A stretch of DNA of 64,000 nt from Octopus sinensis (GCF_006345805.1 NW_021833017.1:1-64000), one strand, 5' to 3'; counted from the first letter of the stretch, positions 12,616-26,470 are shown. Numbers and translations: made by a program. Notes: generated by a model not told the origin, from the sequence alone.

Positions 12616-15600
12616 TAAATGTTGTTTTGTAAGTGAGATGGGAAGGGCATTGGTGGCGCTCCTTGCCTCTGGGTCCCAGGCTGATTTACCTACTGGAAAC
12701 TAAAACATCACTTCAGCTATAAAACTGCCTCTAAAAGCTTAACAATTACCTATTGGCTTAGGCAGGGGTGAAGCATTGGTTATTTTTGTTGTCTTCTGGT
12801 CCCCCCCTCCATCACTTACTTTCTTGTCAACCTTTTTCTTTCTAAACTTAAAATTTAAAGAACTTTTTTTTTTTTTTTTTACCAAGTTTCCTATATATAT
12901 ATTATTTATGCAAGAATGAAACCTTTTGCGTTTGGCTTTCGTTTTCAGTTCTCTTTTCTGATGCATCTCTCCTACCTACTAATAAATGTGCACGTGTGTG
13001 ATTATATTTGTTGACTGATCACATGTGTAGAATCTATTTTATTTCTGATGGGAGAGGATTAGAAATGTGCAAGGTTCATTATTCTTATTAAAGTTACCTT
13101 TTAAAATCTGGCCAGGATGGCTCCATATGGCCTCGTGCTTAGTATTACAAGTAAGGATCATTTAATATTTTCTAAGTTTGTGTTCAATTTGGTCTTAAAG
13201 CTGGAATTTTATTTTATAACTCAGTATTTTAAAGAAACTATGGCAAACTGTCAGGTCTCTTCGATCAAACCTTTACTCTGTGTGACGGGGGGAGGGCACG
13301 ACGTGGCTGGTGTTTTCTTGCCTCAGTCTGCCTGGCCGGCAAAACAACAGGTTCTATTCTTACTTCATTGTCAGCAGTGTGGTTATACAGAAGAGTAAGG
13401 CAAGGAGATGGAAATGGTGTCCACTTGGAACAGACCAAACCACTTCTCAGAAGTTTTAAACCAATGATGTCACAATTTCATCTTGGTTGTAATACTAAAG
13501 CTGTTGAGTCACGAACACACACACACATCTATGCCGAGAGTTTTCTAGTTACATTGAAACCCAGGTAGGTTATATATGGCAGTTTAAAATCATTTTTATC
13601 CCTCCATCACCACCACCACACCAATCAATTCATCTAAATCTATTCACCTTCATCCTTCCACTGGTTCTAATCTCTCTTTCTCTCTCTTCATACAAATTTT
13701 AACCTCTGCTATTGTATGTCAGACAGTATAGTACAGTTCTTTGTGTGGATGTAGACCAATTTTTATTCATTGCCACCATTATTTCTATGTAATTTCTGGG
13801 GAAAGCATTTTCAATCCTTATCAACTAATGCAACAAACAAACAAAAAAACAACAAAAATAAATAAATAATAAATTTAAAATATTGTCTCGTTATTTATTA
13901 AATTGTACTTCATATTTGATGTTGTATTCCTTTACATGTATTACAGGTGTGTATCTATAGTAATTTATGCAAGCTAAGCAGTAATTACACAGTTGAATTG
14001 AGATTTTCTTTGGTCAGTTGTATGTCTTGCAAAATGCTGATGGCCCTACACAGTCACCCAAACGAAACTGGTTCAAAACGTAACACTTATTTTCACATAA
14101 AATCACGTATATATAATCATTGAACGTCTCTTTCAATGTTGGCATTGGCTGGACGGTTTGACCAGAACAGATGGTTCCACCGGGCCCCACTCATCTGCTT
14201 TGGCATGGTTTCTAGGGCTGGATATACCTCTTAACAGTCCTCTGGGGACTTTTTATGTGGCACCAGTGGGGTCGCCAAGTCCTCACAAAATAAGACCCCC
14301 TCAACTGAGCTGGGTACAGCCTGGAGGAAGAGAAGCAAGTGTCTTGCTGAAGAGGTGAAAACATGGTTTGTCCACCTGGAACAAAAAATTGTCTGGGTTC
14401 AATGTGAATAGGGGACAAGAGACCCATGTACTGATTGAAAATAGTGTGACATGATTAAGGATGGGAAATGAAAGTTCCTGGTTTTAAGAGCATTGAAGAA
14501 AGGCTCAACCTTCCAAGTTCTTTTTACAGGGTTTAGAAAATTGAAGGACTACTGAGTGGGGAATGTGTTAAATAAAAATCATAACTGATCTGCCTCTATT
14601 TTCTCTTACCCAAAGCCAGGAACTTTTCAGCAAGCCCTTGTATAGATATTTGTTTTAACAGCCCTTGCTAAATGTGCTGTGTTTTTCAGTTTGTCCAATA
14701 ACTTGTGTGTATATATATTATGATTATTTACCATCCCTGTGTCGGGTGGAGTCCTTTGAAGCAAATTTTCTAGTTGCATGTTCTTCCTGTCACCAGTCTC
14801 GATGCAACGAAATGAAAGGCTGGAAACAAACAGCATTACTTGTGTGAGGAGGAGGAGGATGAAGGTCCATTTATAACCGTTGTGAGGTCTAGACAAGGGT
14901 ACATGCATATATGGATGAGAGAGTCGAGAGGAATCCAAGTGAGCAGATATGGAGGCAGTAATGTGGATAAACAAATTAGGATTTCATACACAAAATACAT
15001 ATGTTGATAAGTGAAACTTAGACAAATGACAAAGGGGCAGAGGTAATGTGTTTAGGGAGTTCAACAGCGGTTTCTGGGAGATCGGGGATCCATCATAATG
15101 TTGGAAGATGTAATTCAAAATACGCAGCCAATGATGAAAGCAATTTTACCATTTGCACCACAGGTGAATTCTTTTGGATAAACAAATATGACAAAAGAAG
15201 CATGTTTACATTTTATAATTTTATTCATAAAAAAGTATTTTCCCCTTTTTGCTGGTTGAGAGATCTCACGCTGTGTAGTAACAGGTCTGCACCCGTCAAA
15301 CGCCCTGAGCAAACAACTGGCACTTCTCAGTTGCATTTCTGTCTGGGGCTAAAAAAAAAACTTTTTTTTAAGATTTTTACCAGAATTGAAGGAAATTAGC
15401 AAAGATAATAAAAGTAAGTATAAATATAAAAGAAAGATGAAATCAACAAGATAGAAACCAGGACCTGAAGAGGGATAAGCAGGAAAAGGGTTAGGGTCAT
15501 AGGGGGATTGTCATTGGAGTGGACAGGGAAAGACTGGCCTGCTTGTGAGGAATGATGAAGGTCAGTTCAAAAGTTCTTGGATGGCTGAGGTCACAGGTTA

Positions 15601-15839
15601 AAGAGTAAACCCACCTGAATACCACAAGGTATAGGACCTGAAATTTTGGAGGGAGAGGTTAAGTGGATTGCATTGACCCCCTACAACTCAACTGATGCTT
15701 ATTTTATGGACCCCAAAAGGATGAAAGGCAAAGTTGAAGTCAGAAGAAATTCCACTAAACATTTTGTCAGGTGTGCTAACGATTCTACCTGCTTGCCACC
15801 TGAAATAATAATTTCTTTCTAGTATCTGGTAGAATTGGA

Positions 15840-17000
15840 TACCGTATAGTTAATCAGGTAATTCAGAAAGGTGTAATCCTCAGTGACTGGTGCAGCATCA
15901 TCAGCTGCTACAAGGACAAAGGAGATGCTCTAGATAGAAGTAGTCGTAGAGGCTGGACCGAATTAATTAGAAACAATGAAGATGAAATGCTTTGTCTGGG
16001 AAGCAGCTTCACAGATGCTGTTTCCATAGGCAACTGCAAGACATGTATTTAGCTAAGAACAAGCTGTTGCACTTGACATTTGTTATTCTAGAGAAAGCCT
16101 TCAAGTCTGTGATATGGTGGTCTCAGAGGAAGCTAGGGATGGACGAATGGCTTGTGAAAGCAGAAGAGGCCATGTACAGGGATGCTGTTAGTAAGGTAAG
16201 AGTGATGAGTTTAGTGTACAGGTAGGTGTCTAAGGGTCAGTCATTAGCCCCCTCCTATTTATCATTGTCCTCCAGAGGAATTTAACATTGGAAGCCCATG
16301 GGAACGATTATATGCTGATGATTTTGCCCTTGTAACAGAATATGTAGAAGAATTAAAAAAAAAATTCCAGGTGTGGAAACAGAACCTGAAATCAATGAGT
16401 TTTAAAATAGTCAACTTAGCAAAGACCAAGGTCTGAGAAAACAAGAAATCAGACAGGACCCTTCATCCTTCTGGTAAATGGTCCTGATTGATGCACAGGC
16501 AGAAATTCCATTCAATGTATTGAATGGAAGCTACAGACACACAAGAGGTGTTGTGGAATATTAGGAAGGTTAACAGACAAAATAGTATTTGCCTGTGGAG
16601 GATGAGAGATAGAGAGGAAAGTGATTTCCTTAGATGCCCTGGGGACTCTGGAAGTTGTAGATCATTTCTGCTATCTAATTAGCAGTGGAGGAAGCTGTAC
16701 AGAGAGTACAATAACCAGATTAAGAATAGGATGAAGTTCAAGCGAAGGCGAAGTTGTACGATGCATGTGTGAGCAATGAAGCTGGTATGATGTGCAACAG
16801 AGCACTGGTGTATTGAGGGAGGAGGAGACTGTGCTGGTCTGGTCATGTGATGCAGAGGAAGACATGGGACAAAGTATTGGAGGCCAACCTCAAAATGCTG
16901 AACCTTACAAAGGAGATGAGAGAGGACGAAGCTACGTGGTACATTGCTGTACTTGAGAAGACCTGAGCACCACAACAGAATTGAGATCCTAAAACCAAGA
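15840..17000 (+). mobile_element. RTE-type LINE fragment (RT to 3' end), decayed
   Basis: GSVISPLLFII and YADD (16311-16322); C-rich insert remnant; typical 3' region. Confidence 0.8.
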
Positions 17001-17399
17001 TACCATTGGTGTGGGTGCTGGTGCCACATAAAATACACAGGTGCTTGGTGTTCCTGTCAAGCCATCCAACCCATGCCAGCATGGAAAGCATCATGATGAT
17101 GATAGGTATCATTATCATTTAACATCCGTCTTCCAAGCTGGCATGGGTTGGACAGTTTGACCTGACAATTAGTAAGCAGAGAGGCTGCACCAAGTTCCAA
17201 TCTGATTTGGTGTGGTTTCTACGGCTGGATGCCTTCTTTATCACTAACCACTTCAAGAGCGAAGTAGGTGCATTTTACATGCCACCGGCACGGGTGCTGG
17301 TTACGAAACACTGGCATCAGACATGAATGTAATCCCACATGGCTTGACAGGTCTCAGTCACCTGCCACTGCCTTCATGAAGCCCAATGCTCAAGTGGGG

Positions 17400-18540
17400 C
17401 TTTTTACATGCCACTGACATTGGCATCGGCCACGACTGAGATTTCACTCAGCTTGGTGGATCTTCTCACGCATAACATGTCACCAAAGGTCTTGGACACT
17501 TGTCATTGCCTCCATGAAGTCCATTCAAAGACCATGCTTCACCACATCTACAGGTTAGGGTTAGGGTTAGGGTTACCTCCACCGTTAGATTAGCACTTCA
17601 CACAGCTTTCCTCATCCATACGCAACACATGACCATACCAGTGCAGTTGTCTCTCTTGCACACCACATCCGATGCCTCTTATGCCCAACTTTTCTCTCAA
17701 GATGCTAACATTCTGTTGTACATGCACACTGACCCTGCACATCCAGCAAAGCATACTGGCTTCATTTCTTTCAAGCCTTCACATGTCCTCAGAAGTTACA
17801 TGTTTCACTACCATATAACATGGCTGTTCACACACAGGCATTGTACAATCTGCCTTTCACTCTGAGGGAGAGGCCCTTTGTTACCAGCAGAGGTAGGAGC
17901 CCTCTGAACTTTGCCCAGGCTATTCTTATTCTAGCAGCTATGCTCTTGAAGCATCCATCCCCACTACTGACTTGGTCACCTAGGTAACAGAAGCTATCAA
18001 CTACTTCCAGTTTTCTCCCCTGGCATTTGATGGAGCCTATTTTCTGCACATTTTTCCTATTAATTGCGCCTGTGCACCTTCCACATGCAAAAACTATTTT
18101 CCCTGTTAACCTTCCTCTGATATTACTGCACCTCTCATGTGTCCATAGCTTGCACTGGGTACATCTTATGGAGTTTCTACCAACACCTTTCCTACAGATT
18201 GAGCAGGGACATTCACCAGAAGGAATTTGTGATTTGTCTGCCTTCCTACTTATTAGGACTTTGGTTGTAGCTAGATTAACTCTAAGGACCTTTGCTTCTA
18301 GACCTTGCTTCCACACCCAAAATTTCTCCTTTAGTTCTGATAGTGATTTGGCTCTAAGAACAAGGCCATCAGCATCGAAGAACTCCCAGGAGCAGCCCAT
18401 CTTAAATTCCTCTGTCGCAGCCTGGAGGACTATGACGAGTCAATGGCATAAGGAACACTGAATACTGCAAGTATGATGCCTTTTGTAATCTGCAAGTTCA
18501 CATCCCTTGAAAGTTGCTTCTCTCCTAAAGCACAAAGCCT
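17400..18540 (-). mobile_element. RTE-type LINE fragment with PHD-like finger within the RT C-terminal part
   Basis: ORF 17828-18400: degenerate YADD (FFDADGLVL), CSICRKGVGRNSIRCTQCKLWTHERC...CGRC, FCYLG, ARIRIAWAKF. Confidence 0.88.
17552..17575 (+). repeat. Short interstitial telomeric repeat (TTAGGG)3 plus partial units
   Basis: aggTTAGGGTTAGGGTTAGGGtta. Confidence 0.85.
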
Positions 18541-18778
18541 AAATTGGTGGCAGGGTTGTTTAACAGAGAATATTGACTGCCAACAATTGACAGGAACTTG
18601 GTTATATATAGAGACAAACAGACAGACAGATGAATGGATGAGTGGGTAGACATATTCCTCAGTTTACTGATATATTTCCCATTCACATAATTATGCTATG
18701 GTTTTCATTCTTCAATATTCCAAAATGATTCTTCAGCTGCATTACCACAGGTCTGTGCAAATTCAGCTAAAAAATTAT

Positions 18779-18813
18779 TCACATCAAATGCTTCACATCC
18801 TGCTTTAGATGTT
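18779..18813 (-). CDS. TRANK1: Candidate terminal coding exon of the TRANK1-like gene (EHLKQDVKHLM*)
   Basis: Strong tatttttcag acceptor at 18814-5, but acceptors at 19459-60 and 19369-70 are equally possible. Confidence 0.35.
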
Positions 18814-19994
18814 CTGAAAAATAATTAAAACAAAAATGTAATTTAGGCATTGAGAAAAATTTTTTGGATTTCTTTTACTTCCCAATAATTATAATTTTGA
18901 TTTTTCATTAATTTTCTGATTTTTTAAACTTAGCTAAATGATTTTGACAAGTAATTTATAATATCATTCAAGGTAGTGACTCAGCCTGGCAACAGTCCGA
19001 TGACTGAAGCAAATGAAAGATAAAACGAGGAGAAGATTTTAGGGAAAAGGAAATAAATTGATTTTATTATGTGAATTCTTTATGAGATGAGACAAAATTG
19101 ATTGCTGTTGGATCAGAACATAAAGCAACACAAGACTTCATTGTCTGTTGCTCTGTTGTCTAAAACCTTTGCAAATGATGATGATGCTGTTGCTACCTGC
19201 CACTGCAAGTACCACACAGTGTGACAGAATCTATTTAGAGAATCATCTAAGCAAAACCCATCACTGGTCAGCCTTTTGGTTATCTAATCCCATTCTAGCG
19301 CCAACGAGCAATGCTAAACATTGTCATTTACATGGACCAAACATCACCCCCACACCAAACAATGCTGCCTGAAAAAATATTAATATTGCTCTAAACTTGG
19401 AGATTCTTGTTGACAATGTTAGAAAAGCGGAATTACCATTTGCTCCATGAATATCTTTCTGTAAGTAGAATTAATAATGCCAGTGAAAGGAATGACCTGT
19501 AGCTGAGAACTGAACCTGGGCCTCAAACTTTACTTAGCAGAAAAAATGTCTTCCACATAAAAGTGGTCGACACATCAAGACTGTGGCAAACTCTTTTGTC
19601 TGCATCTAGATATAGACACGACAGCAGCTAGAAATAGCAGCCAAATTTCCTTGAAATCAACCACCTACAATTTAATGGGTTTTTAAAAAAAATTTTTAAT
19701 AATTAACGAACACATTAGATAAAATGTGGAATAACATGAGATAATGATGACAGATTGATCCTAGATAATGAAATAACATGATATAATGGACCAAACTAAA
19801 ATAAGGCCAGTATGAAAGCCACAGAATATACGTCTCAATCACATCAGTCTTTGACGTTTCAGAAAACATAACGAAAATAAGTCAAATTATTCATACTAAT
19901 TGATATATCCTGTAACGTTATGTCAAATGGACATATCTTACCAAAATCTAATCAAATGTATTTTGATGTTATCAAGTAAAGAAGAGACACTCAC

Positions 19995-22316
19995 CTGAAT
20001 TTTTGTATAATTGCTTCATTTTCTCAGCAAAATGTTCAATGTTTCCAGCAATTGTTTCCAGTTTTTCAGTTTCTGTCCAGTTTGCATTTTGGCAAATTTG
20101 ATCCAGGTTTTTATCAAACTCTTGCAATTTTAATTTCAGTAAATTGAAATAAAATGTAATTTCTTCATTGTCTGAAACTAAATCTAAATCAAGATAATTT
20201 TTGGCTCTTTCTTTAACAGGAAGAAAACGAGTTTCATAGAGTTTTGAGAATGCTTTGAATTCCAAAATCTTTGCTGAATGAGCAGGTTTCTTCAAGTGTT
20301 TAAATAAAGTTTCTTTCTCATCAGAACTGTCGTTTCCATTAATCTTAAAAGGAGTGATCCATTGTTTTGAAGAAAAAGAAACTGCACACACGGAGCAATA
20401 TTTCTCACTTGGACTAAATAAAGGTAAGTTAGCTGGAATCTCCAACGATCTCAGCTCCTTCAATAATTTATTTCTATATCTCAGGTAAGCATTTTCAATC
20501 ACCTGAACAGCTTTTGTTTGCATCACAGAATCATTCTTTTTATCTTTTTCCTCATTACTTATTAAATCTTCAACCATTTTTTCTGTTATTTCAGAGTCAA
20601 TTTCAGACACACCTGTGGGGCTTGAGTCAGCCATTTCAAGCCTCGACATTGGCAATTGCTTATCAGAAACCAACTGTAGTCCTAATGGTTTTCCATTTTT
20701 AAACATCCAATAATATCTTGAGATTTCATATTCTGGGGTCTGCATCAAAACTTTTACAGTAGCTTTAATAAGCCTACATGCTACATCTTGGTTTTCTGCT
20801 ATCAGCCTGCATATATCTCTCACTCTTAATAAAGGATCCTCAACTAGAGTTGCAACATTTTCGCATTTCATTAAAAATTTGAGGTCCGGTATATTTTCAA
20901 AAGGCTGCTCAGAAAAACAATGAATGTAACAAAGGCCCAAAATGAAAACACGCTTTGCAAGTTTTCTTGAATTTACATCTTCTTTTTGTAAACACTTAAA
21001 AATGTTGTCACTAAAAATCAAACTGACCATTTTGGCCACACGTACCTCTAGAAGTTTCAAATTGAGCCACATACGACTGGAATTTAAAATGTCTTGAAGC
21101 TTTTCTGAAAACCTTGATTGAAGTATATCTATAATGTCAACTGAGGAAATATGAGAGGAAGATAGAACCACTGATATTTTGCAGTGTCTCATTAGTAACA
21201 TGAAACTTATTGTCATAAAGAATTCAATCCACAATAAGAGGCAGTGCAAATCTGGCAGAATACGTTTTCTCTTTTTTAGAAACAAAACACAAAATTTAGA
21301 AAATTGAATGACAGCTTCAAATGGCTGATGTCTTTCATAAAGAAAATAGAGAGAATCATAGAACCGTTGGTATATGCACATATATTTGTTGTCAGAAGAA
21401 ACCAAAGATGAGTTTACAATATGCACGTCTGGAAATGATTCTTTTCCAATTTGTTGGTACATGTCTTCCATGAGTTTGTTCAAATCATATCTAATATTTA
21501 GCCAGCTGAATAAAATATTTACTTCAAAATAGAAATCTGAAGACTGTACTTTTTCCAATAGAGTCATCTTTTGAAAAACCATTTTATAATGATTTCGAAT
21601 ACAGATTTTTAAGGCATTTATATTGTCTGGATGGAAGACGTCTGACAAATGGGTATCTTGATCTAAATTCGAAATCAGGGCTTTATAAAGATGAGTTGCA
21701 AAGAATTTAAACTCTTCAAAATCGTCTTGTAGCTTTATAGTGAGAAGCATTTGACAGATAACTACACGAATATCAAAACGAGGTAAAGTACTGGATTCAT
21801 GAAGATGCATGCATTTTTTCTCCTGAAAACGGCAGAAATATTCACTCTGAGAAAACTGACTTCCATAAAAATTTGCCAAATGACAACAACAAGTTTCTGA
21901 AGACTGGCATAATTCTGCAGATTCAAATGGACAGGGTGTACTTATGATGATGTGGATGGTTAACTTGTGATACAGTATTTGGAATAACTTTCGAATACAA
22001 AATTTGAGGTATTTATTCAGCCACGATTTGAATTTATCAAAGGTAAAACTTGCATAAGACATTCTATTACAAATATTGTATTCTATGAGAGATATGCAAC
22101 ACAATGGTTCTGTTGTGTGAGATTTCCACACAGAATCATCCTTGAAAGAGAGACCAAAATATGGTAAATATGATTTTACCACAAGGTTTGAACTTTGCAG
22201 ATGACTCTTCAGCAAATGTACTAAAGCAAAACTTTCTTTGATAACATTCCAAAAAGATTCCTTATAGAAATCATGAGGATCGAGATCTGTGAAGAATTGA
22301 ACTGCTTCTAAACAAC
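19995..22316 (-). CDS. TRANK1: TRANK1-like very large C-terminal exon (about 774 codons; helical region, IQ-like motif, CxxC...H-x5-H zinc-finger-like motif)
   Basis: 2322 nt, phase 1-1, ctgcag/gtgagt; contains the 747-aa ORF; joins KVPI-G-CLEAV in frame. Confidence 0.88.
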
Positions 22317-23724
22317 CTGCAGAAGAAACAAAACATAAATCAGAGAACAGAATTTTTGAAATAAGTTGTTTTAGAATCTAATAAAGCAGGACAATCACAG
22401 CTGGTCAGTTTGATAGGTTTTTGGAAATCCAACCAAAGAGTTAACAGTTTTGTCTCAAGTCATTTTTTTCTAAACAGTATCAATAGATAAGACAACTATA
22501 ACTGCCCAAGTCCACCTAGCTGTACACAGATTCCATAGGTCAGCTCTCACATCAGTGACATACTTTGATCTTTGTTTCAAATCACATCAAATCTACAGTG
22601 TGTGTGTGTGTTTGCGTGCCTGAGCAGTTTTAAAATAATCGAGAAAGGGAGGACAACGTCCATGTTCTTTCTATGCCTTCTTTCGCTACAGCATACAGAC
22701 ATCTAAATAAAGGTCATAAAGCTTTGTATTTGTGTTGTGGGGAGGAGAAAGAGAAACCAACGCCGAATAACTTGCACCAATCTCTGAGAGAAGCTCAACT
22801 GAAAATAGCCATGAAGTGGAGGAGGAGGAGGAAGAAGAAGAGGGCAACGAGTTATACTCAACAGCTTCCAGGTAGACAGACCCAAGCGAAATGCAGGACC
22901 AACGAAGTGAAGGTTCAACTCTAAGACTCTAAGGCACCTTTTGCCGCTGTTACTTACTGACAGTCCATGGCACGGCTTATTTGAGACGGCAGAAAAAAGT
23001 GGATTGTAACGAGTATATTAGATTTATTAGAATTGTTAGATGCTCCCTTGTTCATGAAGCTCTACTTCTATAAGTTATTTCCAACATAAGAATGTCACCT
23101 CATCAACTAAATCACTGAGGAACAACTGAACATTATTAGAACAATCTTGCCGGGCAAAGCTCATTGTTTTTCATCTTAGAAGCAACAGTTCAAAGGCTGA
23201 AAGTAATAATGGCTGAGTGAGTAGAGTACTGGATTAGCAGCTAAGAGATCCAAATCCAAATTCAAGCAGTCATTTGGTTGTCTACTTGCAAAATAGACTT
23301 ACTTCTCTACACATGACATTAATTACTGGTGAAAAACTAGAATAGCTGTCTCAACCTGAGGTCAGTTGAATTCTTACCCACAACAGGGACTGTTGTTGTT
23401 TCTCATCTAGTAATCACCACAAATGACCTTCAAAATAAACAACCTCACCATTTAACAAACTTCAAAATGCCTTTTTCACGGCTTCTTTAGAGGTAGTGAA
23501 GCTGTGACACTGAACCTTTCATTACCAACCCATCCATGCCCCACCTGTACATGCCCAAAAATGTTGATGTTACCAAACTGCCCAAAGATGCCTGGAATAA
23601 TCTGTTCATATCTAAATGAAAATTTCAGAGCAAATCTTGTTAGTAAAATCAGGAAAACATGTGATTTCATTCTGCAAACAGCTGAGTTACACTCTCTGAC
23701 ATTGTTTTACACGACATCTGAGCA

Positions 23725-23831
<107 letters not shown>

Positions 23832-25259
23832 GAAATCACTAACACCTGTTCAAATACAGACACACAAAAATCATACCAAAATGGACATCCAGAGATACTC
23901 AGACATAGTCATGCCAACAAATACTCACATAAGCAGGCAAATGGGCACACATATACACATGAAATCACTAACACCGGACACACAGACACACACATAGCAA
24001 GTATGATAATGAAAGGAGAGAAAGAAGACATGAAGTCAGACAAGCAAAACACATGGTTAAAAAAAGTACAAAAATATGAAAGAAGACAACAACAAGGGAA
24101 GAATGTGTGCAATGGAAATGAAGATTCCATTGAGAAGGAGGGAATCTACCATTTCACTTGCAAAAAAGAAAGAAGAAAAGAAAGAAACAAAAGAAATTCT
24201 ACCAAACTGAGAAAGTCTCTTTAGATGACAAGAATCATCATCATCATGATCATCATGTAACATTTGTATTCCATAGCAGCTTCAGTTGGATGGTTCCACC
24301 TGATCCAATGAACTAAACGACTGCGTTAGGCTCCATTGCCTGTGTTAGGCACAGTTTCAATGGCTGGATGTCCTTCTTGATGCCAACCAGTTTACACAAT
24401 GTACTAAGTGCTTTGTTTTTCCATGGCAAAGCACAAGTGGGGCCACCAAGTAACTTGTGCGACTCCTTGAGAGAAAGGAGGCACAGTATTGAGAGAGGTG
24501 GCTTTGAGTCAAGTGTTGAGAGGCTAAAGTCTGATAGAGACACACAGACACAGCTGTATGAGGGGATGCTGAAAAGCTCCTTTCGAGGTTTTTTTGCAGG
24601 GCTTAGAAAAACTGAAGGGTAGCTGCTGCAATAAGTGTGTGCCTGTCTGAGAGGGGAATATGTTGAATAAAATCATAATTAACTGATCTTCATCCTGTAT
24701 TTTCTTTTCCCCAAAGTCAGGAACTTTTCAGTTTGACCCTGTCAAAGAGAAAATACATGGCTACCTCTGCAGGGAAGAGAGAAAGGATGATGGAGATGAG
24801 ATATCAGGATGTACCCTCAAGGTACAAAAAGATGGACAAAGAGAAAATAGGGACTAAGAATGAAGGATGGCAGGGTAGACAGGTTCATGAGAGCGTGAAA
24901 GGCAAGTGACAGAGAGCAGAGATGAGGGTGGACATGGATGCAGTGGATGGTAAAAGTGGATAACGGTGAATCTTGGTTTGGTGGGTTTGTCAGGGAAATG
25001 GGAGAGGAAGGGAGAAGTGAGAGATGGCAATTCTTCTAAAAGTGAAAGTAAAAGTAAGCCATAGAGAGATGTGAGAATAGGGTAAATGCATCTATACATT
25101 GATGCTTATCACCAGACAGACCAATAGTGACACACACACAGATCACATATACATGCACAGCAAGTGACCCACACTGACCAACCAATATACACACTCACAC
25201 ACTGATGCATTTAATCTATGGAATTATTATTTCAAGCAAAGTAAAAAAATGCCTCTTAC

Positions 25260-25673
25260 CAATTGGAACCTTGCCTAATTTGAACTGCTTGAAGGCCTCC
25301 ACTGCATCAATGGTGGATTTGGTGTTTGTTTCGTTCAGTTTAGCCAGTAACAGGTGACATTTAGCCTGACCAAAATTGTTGCCTTCTTTCTTATAAAGCA
25401 GCAGAGCATTCCTCAAATCTTCTTCAATGTTTCTGGAGAGATCAAGGTCAATGTCAACACTCTTACCGTCATTAACACTATCTCCACCCTCAGCAGCAGG
25501 GGACGGCATCGGTGTGCGCATTGTCTTTAGTTTTGCCACAACATAGCTGTGTCCAGCTTGTTTATACAGGCAGTCGGCATATAGCTTGTTGTCATTCAGG
25601 GTGGCTGCCACTGCTACACTCTCAGAGAACAAGTTGTTCTGCCAAAGTAAGTCCATTGAAGACTGAATTTGGC
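25260..25673 (-). CDS. TRANK1: TRANK1-like exon (GQIQSSMDLLW...GQAKCHLLLAKL...KVPI)
   Basis: 414 nt, phase 1-1, caacag/gtaaga. Confidence 0.88.
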
Positions 25674-26136
25674 CTGTTGAGAAAAAAAAATATTGGAAGT
25701 AAATATATGAGCAAATAACAAATAAAAATTCTTATGTATGACTTTAGCTGTGACTGTGGAAACAAATAAAGATTTAGAAATTTAGATAATTAGTGAAGTC
25801 AATTGTCAGGTTTCCTGCTTATTGGTGGAGAGGCAGAAACAGCATTGTGACCGAGGTGACCACGAAGATATTGTGGGTCACACTTAGCCACACTTGCATG
25901 GGTCACAATGGAATTTGTTGAGGCAGATAATCTGATACCCTTCCTGTCAGCAACCCTCACCTGTTTCCAGATGTTTTTCATGGAAGGCTGGAAACAAACA
26001 ACTCCTCTTGTATGACAGGGATGCTCGTTTACAAACATTACATGATGTCTACTCAAGGCTCTCCCACACCATTCATACACGCACATACACACGCAGTGGT
26101 TGGTGGTTGTCTGCTCTTTATGACCAATTCTTGGAC

Positions 26137-26470
26137 TTACATCTTAGATTCATCAGGGTGCCCAGTGTAGCTTTTTAAACCAGACATTGCACTGAAGAGA
26201 CACCCACACAGATTGCATATCCGATTTGGACCACCAAGAATTGCAGTTAAATTCTGATCTTTGTGGATCTTAAAATGTGTTTTGAGGCCTCCTTTAGATT
26301 TGCAGACCTGATGGCATACACGGCTTTGACAGGTGTGCACAGATATACAGGTAGAATAGTTGGTGGGCATTTATTTCCTACGGCTCTGCAAAATGAGATT
26401 TGAGCCCAGCAAAAGAAAGGCATTTGTGACAGACCATGCCTTTTTTTACTGGGCTCAAATCTCATTTGAC
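26137..26470 (-). mobile_element. LINE ORF2 C-terminal fragment with C2H2-like zinc fingers (RTE-type)
   Basis: CHQVCKSKGGLKTHFKIH and CNLCGCLFSAMSGLKSY remnants. Confidence 0.6.

Noticed and set aside
12820-12842. 22-nt microexon-like AG...GTAAGT on the - strand
   Set aside because: No gene model requires it; likely chance
19972-22215. 747-aa ORF as a stand-alone intronless gene
   Set aside because: The frame stays open upstream to a strong acceptor at 22317-8 and ends at a GTGAGT donor; it joins the upstream exon in phase, so it is an internal exon
23476-23670. Possible extra TRANK1-like exon
   Set aside because: Flanking exons (25260 and 22316) already join in phase; candidate acceptors here run into stops in the required frame
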